Origin: Nemertoderma westbladi
Lineage: Eukaryota; Animalia; Xenacoelomorpha
Assembly: GCA_032718475.1 (NCBI GenBank)
Contig: JAUCBJ010008182.1
Span: 1-64,000 of the forward strand
Direction of reading: 5' to 3'
Length of the DNA: 64,000 bases
Below are positions 25,532 through 35,869 of this stretch, one piece after another. Below the pieces are notes generated by a model. The model worked only from the letters and a program-made list of their open reading frames with translations. It was not told the origin of the DNA and ran no database searches. Positions within the stretch are counted from its first letter, which is position 1. Each line of letters starts with the position of its first letter. The translations under genes and the position numbers were made by a program.

Positions 25532-26922
25532 AGTTAGAAATACTTGTCAAACTCAGCCCTTTTCTATCTGTTTTATCATGGATTCACTACGGTGAACAAA
25601 CTTAAGGGACAGGATGGCCAGCTAGAGATCGGGCCGCAGCAATGAACGGGAACATCGGGGGAATGTAGACGAGAGACAACCCGCAATACCATCTAGAGTT
25701 ATTCGCCCATCGCCTGAAAGGTTAGACAGCGTTCGATCCTTGCTACCTAAGTGTAAGACCAAAAGATCAAAAGGTAGACGTAGTGACACGCTGTAAGCCT
25801 AAAATTACATCATAGGGACTGTACTGTCTTGATTCAGGAAAAACCGCAGTAGACCTTCATATTCCTACGGGGGGAGGGAGAGAGAGCAGAGATACTAGTA
25901 CGCAGATAGGACATAGGCACACCAGTACGAAGCATACAAATTGGTTAGGGTGCAGCAAACTGTACGCTTAACTCTTGCTAAGTACAGGTGCGTCTGTGAC
26001 TATTTGCCGTACAACGGTGTCCATTACATCAGAACTTGTAGGCTAGGGGGGTTGCTGTGTTTTCACCTGAATTGAGATTGTACCGTTCAGGCGGTAGGGC
26101 AGTTTACAGCTAGGCGCAAATAAATTGAGGCTATCAGGGATATACTAACATCTACCGTGTCCCCGCCAACGCCCTAATAGGAAGTTACCCGGACTACCTG
26201 GGTGACTAAAATTCTAGATAGGAGCCAGGATAGCTATTAGTAACTCTACGCCTACAGTAGTAAACTAACACATCTCTTCTTAGTATCAGGGACCTGGTAC
26301 CTAAAATTGCCGAATTCTGGGCGTAGTATTAACCTTATGCCTGAATTTGAGTCCTGGAAATACGCAAGAGGGGAAGGAACCTTATCATTCGTGAGTATTG
26401 GACCTACAAGTTATAAAATTAGAATATTCGTAAAATGCACACCGTACCCAGTAATTATATATGTGAAGGAGCAAAACTGCCTTTGACCATTCAGAATTAA
26501 CACACGCGCATTAGAAATTATTTACACCTCAAAATATATAAAATTAACTTTTGTCCTTACTGCACTTTGCTCGCTAGTTAGACATCTCCAAATCTCTGCC
26601 TGTACCTAGCTAGCGTCCCTTTGCCCAACCATATAAATCACACCGCGGCAAAGTATACGAGCCCCTTAGTCCGTCAGTGAGTCAGCCTGATTTTAGGATT
26701 CGCTGCGCGGGATTTTGTTTTATCGAAGTTTGTCTGCTCGTAGACTGTTTTCTGCCTCACCGGTTATAAGAGATCGATACTGCAATATATTCGCTTACTT
26801 AGAGTTTACTGTTTTGGTGAGAAGGTCGGATTTATGATTTGATTTACAAACTTTACAGTAAGATATTGCAGGTATTGTTACCGTCTCTTCCAATAGTAGG
26901 AATAGGCGTATCTCTTCAATTA

Positions 26923-26933
26923 GTAGGAATATG
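26923..26933 (+). other. Primer-binding-site position, non-tRNA type (GTAGGAATATG)
   Basis: Abuts the LTR end, lacks TGG, and is the exact reverse complement of LTR 25858-25868 CATATTCCTAC. Confidence 0.65.
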
Positions 26934-27524
26934 TTTTACTGAACTACGGTTCGGTAGGACTAAAGTTATTTGAAAATTTTGTATTTTGAGGTAAAAATTT
27001 GTATTTGATTAGCTAAGTGCTAATTTTTTGAAATAAAATTTGATTTGAACCGCGTGTAAAATATTTTTGGAATTGAATACCGGTGTTTAAAAGGGTTTAA
27101 ATACCATATTGTACCGGTACAAAATTTTCGTAAAAGTAAAACCTAACTCTTTTGTTTTTCAGGATTCAGAACTCATTTCTAGACTGTAACGGGAGCAAGA
27201 CCGTGTTTAGCAAGTTTGGTAGATAGATAACTCAACAACTTTGGTTGGGAAAATCGCGTTTCGTCCGCAACGTTAAAAACGGAAAGGTTCACGTCCGGTT
27301 TGTATCTGGGAATCTGTTTTTCTGGAGAATTATTGGAGTGGGTGAGTTCGAAAAGTTGCATAAATAAGTTAGGCATTACCGTATTAGTTAAAATTATTGT
27401 GGGTTCCACTGTCTCAAGTATTTATGCATTCCGTATGATTTCTTTGTTCATTGCTGAATTAGTCCGTATTATTGTATTTAATTTACCTTTTGATAACGCA
27501 TATCGTTATCCGATTTATTTGTTA

Positions 27525-27647
27525 TAAAATTGGCCGCTAGGCTAATTTTATTATATACTTATTCCGTGACATTTATTTGCTGTAAAATTGGCCGTTTAGG
27601 CTAATTTTATCCATCTGCTATAAAATCGGCCGGTAGGCTAATTTTAT
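27525..27647 (+). repeat. Three tandem stem-loops in the 5' leader (also about 40335-40457)
   Basis: AAAATYGGCC-[GCTA/GTTTA/GGTA]-GGCTAATTTT three times, about 85 nt before the gag ATG. Confidence 0.8.
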
Positions 27648-27731
27648 ATGACTGTAATTAGTACCGTTTAGATATAAATACGGTAAACTCGATACTTTGA
27701 CACTCACTTTACTTGACTTACAACTACCGAA

Positions 27732-30700
27732 ATGAGTGACAAACAAGACTATACGAAAAATACACAAACCGACTATGACTCATGTGACGCGGATAAGTCA
27801 GCAGCGGAAGGACAACAGGGGAAGACTCGCGAGCCTACCGAACCTACACCGTGTGCGTCACCAGTACACCCAACGGGAGTACCGGATGCCGTAGTACGAG
27901 GCGACGGCAGGACCGAGGACTTTCTAACTGTTCCGCAACCTAGATACAGGGAAACGGAAATGGTAAGTTCAGCAGGAAGCACAGAAAGTGTGGTTAGAAG
28001 CGTCGGAGGTTACATGGCGCATATTACCAGGAGTATTGGAGAAGGCCAACGCATATTAGACGGGTTGACCGCTCCGATGTCTCGATTCGAGTTCTATACC
28101 CTCCAGGTTAGAGTACAGAGTAAAGTATATAAGTCCGTAGATAATCTAGTTGGCCTACAAGATCTAGCTAGACAGAGACAGGACATGGATACTCAACTTA
28201 GAATCCTCGAGAAACTAATGATCACTAGAGAGAAACTGATTCAGTTTAAGTCGACGATTAGACAGATACAACAGGAACAAGCGGACCAGTTGTTAGGTGA
28301 GTCAGTTTCGGACGAATTATTACAACCCGAGGAAGAACAGGAACTGTACCGACTGGATGGACAATTAAAACACCTGACGGACCACTTACGTATGTGCGGC
28401 GAAGACGTCGGAGATTGGGAAACCGTGCCGGAATATACGAGGGAAACTTCACCCGTACGAATCGAATCAGCACCGGGAATACTGGACCAGTCGTTGGTAA
28501 GTATTCGTAGCGAAATCTGCGAGGGAAGTATAGTCACGTCAGAAGTTGCTCGACAACAGCAAGAATTCCACCGACAACGACAAGAAATGGAAGAACAAGC
28601 TCAACTTCTAGTGATGCAGGCAGCAGTAGAGGAAGAGAAGCTACGCGTTGCGAATATAGCAAGAATCTCTCATCTACAGGAACAAGCTGAATTAGAAGCA
28701 GCTGAAGTAGAAAGGTTAGAAATAGACATTGCCCGACAAGCGGCAGCGGCAGCGGCCGAGGTAGAGCGACGAGCGGCAGCGGCCGAATTAGAGCGACAAA
28801 ACGCAGCGGCCGAATTAGAGCGACAAAACGCAGCGGCCGAGTTGGAGCGACAAGCGGCAGCGGCCGAGTTGGAGCGACAAACGGCAGCGGCAGAATTACA
28901 ACGAGAAAGGTTAGTTTCGGAGGCGCGGGCCGAAATGAAAACACGGCAAATAAAGGCTCAATCCGCTATACGACAAGCGGAGTTTGAGGCGCAACGACAA
29001 CAAACGGAACAACGAGAGAAGACAGCTAAACTTCATTTCGAACTCGAGAAGAAGGCGAGAGAATTAGCGAACGCTGAGGAAGATCTGGATCAAAAGGCCC
29101 GCGATAGATCGATGAGATCTCGTGACGGACATGATTTGGACCAGTTAGAGGTAAGACATCGCCAAATTCAGGAACGGAAGAAGGAAGGAAGCGTAGGAGC
29201 ACCCGGACGGGAACGACAATTAGTAAAAGACGTGTGTCAACGATTCCCACAGGTAACTCATATGTTTGCACCGGTTACGACTAAGGAACCTGTTTCGATT
29301 GCGGGTAGTAGTGATATTTCTCCTATCCATGGTGCGACGGAACACAGGTTTGTTATTCCGGACGAGTTTATACCGCCAAGAGCAACGTCGTCGCCCATTC
29401 CGAAAGTCAAGGTAAGTAACCCACCGATTACGGATCGTAGTAGTTTATTAACCGGACCCGCACTACTGACGACAAAACAGGTGAGTCCACCTTTGACACC
29501 TAAACCCATTACACATTACGCTTATCCAATGACGTTTCGACCTACAAGGCCAGTTGTTTCAAATGCTGTCATTCGCCCACCGAACCAGTTTACATCGCAA
29601 TCTACGACTTCGAGGAAGACTTGTGAGCCTACCGAACAACGGAGAACAGTGGAGACGCGACCATTCAACCAGTTTACATCGCAATCTACGACTTCGAGGA
29701 AGACTTGTGAGCCTACCGAACAACGGAGATCAGTGGATGATGTTCCGAAACGAACCGTTAGAATTCGTACGACGCAACGAACGCGAGCACGTCGACCACC
29801 ATATCCAGATGATAGTAGTACTTCGAGCGAATCGGATTACCCGAAACGCGAGGTATTTAGAACAGGGGCGGCCGATGAATATAAACGCGAGCGTTCAGAC
29901 AACTCTTTTGCAGACAACCCTCCACAGAATACACCGACACAGAAGGCGTTACCACCAGCGGGCGCGATCGGTGCGCAACAGTTCGCCGACATTGTCAACA
30001 AGTTGGCCCGGATTGAGGAACGTCTGGAGGAAGGTTACACCGACAGTTCGAGAAATTCCGAATTCGAACACAATAGACATCCGAAGGGACCACAAAGACC
30101 GGTACCTTCAAACCCCACAAGCGATCAGGGAAAAGCGCCAAGAAGGGAGAACATCAACCAGACTACCAACCAAGGACGCGAAACTCTGAACGTTGCCGAG
30201 GAGATAGCGAAATTCGCAGCCAGACAAGGATTGCCGGTACAACAACCACCGAAGTTTTCCGGTAGCTCAAAACACTGGCATACCTTCGTAGACTATATCG
30301 AATCCCAGATCGCCGTGTGCGCCTTTACATCACGGGAGAAGTTCAATTACCTGCTCCAAACGTTGTCAGGAGAACCTAAACGTTTGGCGGAGACTTTCGT
30401 CGGTGTACCGGACGCTTTCGAACTAGCGTACGATCGTTTGACTTCGATATACGGAGGTACAGTGAGTATGGCCAGGTCAGTAATAGAAGAACTCTGTAAG
30501 GGAGGGGCTATCACTAAACCCGTCGACTTACTAAAACTAGCTGACGAGATCAAGAACGCTATCACTACCTTAAGATCAATTGGACAACTTGATTACGGGA
30601 ATACCCCTACAGTCCTATTAAAGATAATAGGACGACTCCACCATCGACTTCGTCGGGAGTGGAGGAAGGTCGAATACCAGCGAGAGGAGCGAGGAGGATT

Positions 30701-33700
30701 CCTAAAATTAGAAGATGTGTACCTTTTAATATCCAGGGAGGCGGTAGTAGAAACTCGATCTAACTATACCGACCAGCACATCGTGGCAGAAGGGATCACA
30801 CTGCCATCCTCCAACCGACAAAAACCCCAGACAACATCCACAAAGACGGCCACTTACGCCACACCGACGGAATCACGACAATTCTCAGACGGTAATAGAG
30901 TATCTGCGCCCATTGGGACGAAACAGACGAGACAGCAACTCAGCGCCGACTTCAACGGCTGCCAATACTGCGAGCATCTAGGTAAGCGGTATATTGGTCA
31001 CAAGTTACGAGGTTGTCGACAATTTCGCGAGTTGAACTCGGAAGAACGACGGCTGCAGATACGGCCACTGGACTCTTGTTGGCGGTGTACGCGACACGGA
31101 CACGTCCGTAAGGATTGCCCAAATACCGACACTTGTCCATCCTGTGGACGCAACCACGACGGTCTGCTCCACACAGACAGCCACACGCCGACGAAACGCT
31201 TCGCCAGGGAACACCCGGAAGCAGCAGCGAGATGTGATACGGCTTACCGAAAACGAGAATCAAAAACGACTCCAACCTTCGTGACACATATTGAGGATTG
31301 CTTCTCAGAACAATCCGGATCGTCGGACGAAGAATCAGAAGACGACGCTGAATATTCCAATGGAGACGAACAACCGTCGATCGCGCTCCTGACTACTGAT
31401 CAACTGAAGGGATTCAGTGTAATCCCGATTAAGGTTACTGGCACAAAGGGGAGCAAGAGGATCTATGCGATTCTAGATTCAGCCTCATCCCATAGCTACG
31501 TGGACGAAAAGATAGCTGACGTCGTGACGGATCTAAGACAAGGTAAACACGTCAGTTATACAGTAAGTAGTATGCACGGCCAGCGTGCAATACCAGTGAC
31601 ACGAGTTAAGTTGGACTTAGACTCTCTTCTTCCAAAATCGCAGCATAGCGAGAGGGAGAGGTCTTTGTTGCCCTTTAGAGATCTAACCTTTGCGGCCACG
31701 AAGGACTTTAGTAACCTACTAGGTCCAGTGCCGGAACAATCTCTGGAGGACCGTAAGTATTTCAGACACCTTGGTGTACCCGAATGTCCTGTCAATTATA
31801 GATCGGTAGCAATGCTGATCGGGACGGACCAATTCAACCTACATCAGGTGTGGGAAACCAGACCATCGGCAGTTGTAGCAGGAAACGCATACGCCTGCAG
31901 AACGCCGATAGGGTGGTATACACGAGCGCCTGTGCGCACACTAGACGTAAGTGACGAGGAAGACGATGTACAGAGTACATGCAGTTTATTAACTACAAAC
32001 TCAATTCATTCCTTTTCACACGACGTGAACCATACTACACTACAGTCGACAAAACATCACAGACGTGTAACTAGTATGATAAGTCACAAGGAGCAGCTAA
32101 CCCACAAGGTGAGTTTAGAACTTGGGGAGAAGACGAATCAGCTAGAGATTCCATCGACGACAGATGATAGGCTTGCGAGTCTACCTACCCCAATAACCTC
32201 AACAGTGCCCGTCGATATCGATGATGACGCGTTGAAAATTCATCAGTTGGAACAAGCCGCCTTGGACAAAGAATTAACGGAGAAGACTATCAGGTGGTTA
32301 GAACAAGATACAGCTGAACCTGGTAGCTACGAACCTTGTATGTCGGAACAGGAGAAACAATCCCTAAAGATCATGGAGGATACTATCCGACAGACGGAGG
32401 ACGGACATTACGAGGTGGGGATGTTATGGCGTAGCCAAAGTCCTAAACTTATAAATAACTACCCACTGGCATTAAGACGTCTACACTCAATACGACAACG
32501 TCTATTAAAGGACGAGAAAGCCCATCTGCAGTACAACACTCAGATGGAGACGTATTTGACTGAAGGATACGCTATCCGAATGACTAACCCGGAGCGAGTG
32601 ACCGACCAGACATACTACCTGCCACATCACTATGTGAGACATCCCGACAAACCAGACAAAGTACGTGTAGTCAATGACTGTGCAGCTCTGTTTGAGGGAA
32701 TGTCCCTCAATAGTGAGTTGATGGATGGACCGAACATGAATAATTATCTTATGGGGGTGATTATGCGCTTCCGTCAGCGTCAAGTAGCCTTTACTTGCGA
32801 CGTTGAAGCGATGTTTCACCAAGTAAAAGCGTTAGAGCGAGACAGAGACAGTTTGCGGTTTCTCTGGTATCCGGAAGGGGACTTAAGTCTACCACCAGCG
32901 ACTTACCAAATGCAAGTTCGCGTTTTCGGTGCCAGAGACAGCCCAAATTGTACGATGTACGCCTTGAAACAAGCCGCTAGAGATCAGAAACATCTGTATG
33001 ACCCAGAGATAATTAGAATTGTAGAACGTGACTTTTACGTTGATGACGGATTACAGAGTTGCGACACAGTAGAACGTGCTACAACAGTAGCACATCAATT
33101 ACGGGACTGCTTGAACAGTAACACACTGACAAACAGTAAAGCCGCAGTTTCCCTATTGGAGCGGCCTTCTATTGACAAACAACTAGATACGTTACCAGAC
33201 GTATCGCCAGACACATTACTAGACAGTCAACTAGACACTAGTAATGTATTGACTAACAATAAAGCCGCAGTTTCCCTATTGGAGCGGCCTTGTATTGACA
33301 AACTACCAATTTTGACACACTTGAGCAACCATAAGCAAGGTGAAACCTCATGTATTACAGATGTGGGTAGTACCTACGCTAATGTAAATACAGGTGTTAC
33401 TCTGCGCTCAAGAGACATACCGAACTTACAACCTATGATGAGACCTGGGATTAATGTCGGCAGAAAAATAAGTTTACCGAAACCTGCTGACCCCATAGAG
33501 TTCAAACCACCATTAACGATCGACTTACAAAGTACCGACAATCAAGGTAAGAAGACAAAGAAGGACAAATTACTTGTAGACCCGGACGGATCAACAGTCA
33601 ACAAGGGAATACTTACCGGCGGACCCGTGGGCCCTTCTAGTAATTCAAAACCTTCCAAGTTCTCCATTGACTTACCTGATGACGTCACAAATACTTACGT

Positions 33701-35207
33701 CGACCGTATTGTATACCTAACAGATTCTTGGTCAAACGCTTGCCGAAAACTAGCGTGGATTGTACGTTTTGTACAATACGTTAAAGGCAAACGTGACTTT
33801 ACACGTCGACTTACATTGGCTGAGATTGACAGGTGTGAGATTAAATTAATTCGCCATTACCAACTGCGATATTTCGCGCGCGAATTCACATCTATAAATC
33901 AAGGTCAACCAATCAAGTCGTCACCAATACTGAGTTGGAGTCCGATTATTTATAATGGCTTAATTTGTCATAAATCTCGGCTTCAAAACATTGACTTTAA
34001 CACAAACTTTAGGTACCCAATAATAATACCGCAACATCACGAACTACAACGTGCAATGATACTGGACGCACATTTACATCTGAAACACGCTGGAAGACAC
34101 CACTGTCTTTCCTACTTACGTACTAGATTTGTATTAATTAGACCCAGTAAAGCATTAAGTTCAGTGACACGTACGTGTATTATTTGTAAAAAGGTACATT
34201 CTAGAATAGGTACCCAAGAAATGAGTGAACTACCACAAGCACGACTTCAAGCATTCAGACCACCTTTTACAGAGACTGGAATTGATTGCTTTGGTCCCAT
34301 ACATACGAAACGTGGACGTATACTAGTAAAACGCTGGGGACTGATTTTCACATGTATGTCCAGTAGGGCAGTTCACATTGAACGTGTGATGGATCTTTCC
34401 ACCAACGCGTTTATACTAGCACTGCGGCGATTTATCGCTAGACACGGACTAGTAAAATGCTTGTACTCAGACCAAGGGACAAACTTCGTTGGTGCTCGGA
34501 ATGAGATTGCTAGAGCCTTTAAGAAATTAGATCATGATCAAATCTCGAACGAACTGCAACCTCACAAGATTGTTTGGAAGTTCAATCCTCCAGATAGTCC
34601 TTGGAGAGGCGGAGTCTGGGAGAGACTGATTAGATCTATAAAGACAGCAATGGCAAAGGTCATTCCAGTAAACCACATATTAACAGACGACCAACTGACA
34701 ACATTGTTTGTTGAAATCGAGGCAATACTAAATACTAGACCAATAGTATTAGTACCCGATGACAAACAATCTCAGTTTGCTTTGACACCGGCACACCTGC
34801 TAATGCAGGCACCGACGACTTTGACACCTATTTCTATTCCAATAGAAAGCGACAGCTACGGTAGAAAAGCGTGGAAAATCACGCAACTACTAGCTAACAA
34901 ATTCTGGGAAATATGGCAAAACCATTATTTGCCCTCTATTTCTGCCAGAACAAACTGGTACAATAACACCCGCGCATTAAAGCCGGGAGATCACGTGCTG
35001 TTGGCAGAAGTGAATCTAAAAAGACGCTTCTGGATAACAGGTGTCATTTTAGCCACACATCCATCTATGGATGGAGTGACAAGAACTGTGACGGTACGGA
35101 CAATTGACGGTCGTACAGTAGACAGACCGACTCAACGTCTCGTACTTCTTGAAGAGACTCGTAACGAGTCTGGAGACTACAAATCTCCACCTAATACTAG
35201 TAAATAA
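27732..35207 (+). CDS. BEL/Pao Gag-Pol, copy 1, with in-frame deletion of RT C-terminus and RNase H
   Basis: Triple Cys/His knuckles, protease ILDSAS, RT YVDD, integrase HHCC and D-D-E (GIDCFGP, SDQGTNF, GGVWERL). Jumps from HQLRDCL to NTLTNSK, lacking about 1.25 kb present in copy 2. Confidence 0.93.
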   Translation: MSDKQDYTKNTQTDYDSCDADKSAAEGQQGKTREPTEPTPCASPVHPTGVPDAVVRGDGRTEDFLTVPQPRYRETEMVSSAGSTESVVRSVGGYMAHITRSIGEGQRILDGLTAPMSRFEFYTLQVRVQSKVYKSVDNLVGLQDLARQRQDMDTQLRILEKLMITREKLIQFKSTIRQIQQEQADQLLGESVSDELLQPEEEQELYRLDGQLKHLTDHLRMCGEDVGDWETVPEYTRETSPVRIESAPGILDQSLVSIRSEICEGSIVTSEVARQQQEFHRQRQEMEEQAQLLVMQAAVEEEKLRVANIARISHLQEQAELEAAEVERLEIDIARQAAAAAAEVERRAAAAELERQNAAAELERQNAAAELERQAAAAELERQTAAAELQRERLVSEARAEMKTRQIKAQSAIRQAEFEAQRQQTEQREKTAKLHFELEKKARELANAEEDLDQKARDRSMRSRDGHDLDQLEVRHRQIQERKKEGSVGAPGRERQLVKDVCQRFPQVTHMFAPVTTKEPVSIAGSSDISPIHGATEHRFVIPDEFIPPRATSSPIPKVKVSNPPITDRSSLLTGPALLTTKQVSPPLTPKPITHYAYPMTFRPTRPVVSNAVIRPPNQFTSQSTTSRKTCEPTEQRRTVETRPFNQFTSQSTTSRKTCEPTEQRRSVDDVPKRTVRIRTTQRTRARRPPYPDDSSTSSESDYPKREVFRTGAADEYKRERSDNSFADNPPQNTPTQKALPPAGAIGAQQFADIVNKLARIEERLEEGYTDSSRNSEFEHNRHPKGPQRPVPSNPTSDQGKAPRRENINQTTNQGRETLNVAEEIAKFAARQGLPVQQPPKFSGSSKHWHTFVDYIESQIAVCAFTSREKFNYLLQTLSGEPKRLAETFVGVPDAFELAYDRLTSIYGGTVSMARSVIEELCKGGAITKPVDLLKLADEIKNAITTLRSIGQLDYGNTPTVLLKIIGRLHHRLRREWRKVEYQREERGGFLKLEDVYLLISREAVVETRSNYTDQHIVAEGITLPSSNRQKPQTTSTKTATYATPTESRQFSDGNRVSAPIGTKQTRQQLSADFNGCQYCEHLGKRYIGHKLRGCRQFRELNSEERRLQIRPLDSCWRCTRHGHVRKDCPNTDTCPSCGRNHDGLLHTDSHTPTKRFAREHPEAAARCDTAYRKRESKTTPTFVTHIEDCFSEQSGSSDEESEDDAEYSNGDEQPSIALLTTDQLKGFSVIPIKVTGTKGSKRIYAILDSASSHSYVDEKIADVVTDLRQGKHVSYTVSSMHGQRAIPVTRVKLDLDSLLPKSQHSERERSLLPFRDLTFAATKDFSNLLGPVPEQSLEDRKYFRHLGVPECPVNYRSVAMLIGTDQFNLHQVWETRPSAVVAGNAYACRTPIGWYTRAPVRTLDVSDEEDDVQSTCSLLTTNSIHSFSHDVNHTTLQSTKHHRRVTSMISHKEQLTHKVSLELGEKTNQLEIPSTTDDRLASLPTPITSTVPVDIDDDALKIHQLEQAALDKELTEKTIRWLEQDTAEPGSYEPCMSEQEKQSLKIMEDTIRQTEDGHYEVGMLWRSQSPKLINNYPLALRRLHSIRQRLLKDEKAHLQYNTQMETYLTEGYAIRMTNPERVTDQTYYLPHHYVRHPDKPDKVRVVNDCAALFEGMSLNSELMDGPNMNNYLMGVIMRFRQRQVAFTCDVEAMFHQVKALERDRDSLRFLWYPEGDLSLPPATYQMQVRVFGARDSPNCTMYALKQAARDQKHLYDPEIIRIVERDFYVDDGLQSCDTVERATTVAHQLRDCLNSNTLTNSKAAVSLLERPSIDKQLDTLPDVSPDTLLDSQLDTSNVLTNNKAAVSLLERPCIDKLPILTHLSNHKQGETSCITDVGSTYANVNTGVTLRSRDIPNLQPMMRPGINVGRKISLPKPADPIEFKPPLTIDLQSTDNQGKKTKKDKLLVDPDGSTVNKGILTGGPVGPSSNSKPSKFSIDLPDDVTNTYVDRIVYLTDSWSNACRKLAWIVRFVQYVKGKRDFTRRLTLAEIDRCEIKLIRHYQLRYFAREFTSINQGQPIKSSPILSWSPIIYNGLICHKSRLQNIDFNTNFRYPIIIPQHHELQRAMILDAHLHLKHAGRHHCLSYLRTRFVLIRPSKALSSVTRTCIICKKVHSRIGTQEMSELPQARLQAFRPPFTETGIDCFGPIHTKRGRILVKRWGLIFTCMSSRAVHIERVMDLSTNAFILALRRFIARHGLVKCLYSDQGTNFVGARNEIARAFKKLDHDQISNELQPHKIVWKFNPPDSPWRGGVWERLIRSIKTAMAKVIPVNHILTDDQLTTLFVEIEAILNTRPIVLVPDDKQSQFALTPAHLLMQAPTTLTPISIPIESDSYGRKAWKITQLLANKFWEIWQNHYLPSISARTNWYNNTRALKPGDHVLLAEVNLKRRFWITGVILATHPSMDGVTRTVTVRTIDGRTVDRPTQRLVLLEETRNESGDYKSPPNTSK

Positions 35208-35869
35208 TTAGGAGTTTACAAATAGATTTCCACGTACCTGTACACCGTAGTAAGGACAGCGGTAGAATTCCATTGTCTTTATATGTGAACATTGAGGGTG
35301 GTACCCTTATGTGTCACATAGGAGCGGGATTTGTAGGTATAAGAAATGGAATTCTACTTGGAACTCACAATATTGAGACATTTTCGAAATTTTAGACAAT
35401 CCATTTGGATTTGAAAAATTTTTAAAAAATTTCTCCAGTGAATAGATTTCAGGGTACAGTCGGGTGGAACTTAAAATTAGAGAAACAAGAGAGGAAGACT
35501 TGCGAGCCTTTCTTAAAATTTTTAATTAAATTTTACACGGTCTTGTTTCAATAAGTTACGTCAAAATAGACTTCCCTATATTTATTACTAATTCTTGACT
35601 GCTTATTTTCTGATAATAGTTTGGGATCAAAAAGTGAGTATTTTAGACTCACAGCCAGTTTAGCCCAAATTCGTTTTTATTTCGGCAAAAAAATTTTAGA
35701 TAAGAAGCAGCGTGTCATTAAAGAAACCCTAGATCTTAGGCTATGGGTAGGAGGTTAGAGCGTTGTCGAGCCCAAAGGGCAGACGAAACTCTCACGTCTC
35801 CTCACAACTAACTACAAACTCTGTTGTATTCCCTCTAGTAGTAATGATTATGTAACTACACCCCTAATT

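Larger units (their letters stand above)
24990..26922 (+). repeat. LTR1 (1933 bp, TATAG..AATTA)
   Basis: Nearly identical to 54271-56203 (about 4 substitutions seen by eye). Ends defined by the TSD and three-way comparison. Confidence 0.95.

Noticed and set aside
26815-26833. TGGTGAGAAGGTCGGATT as tRNA PBS
   Set aside because: It lies about 100 bp inside the TSD-defined LTR, occurs in all three LTRs, and matches no tRNA 3' end I recognise.
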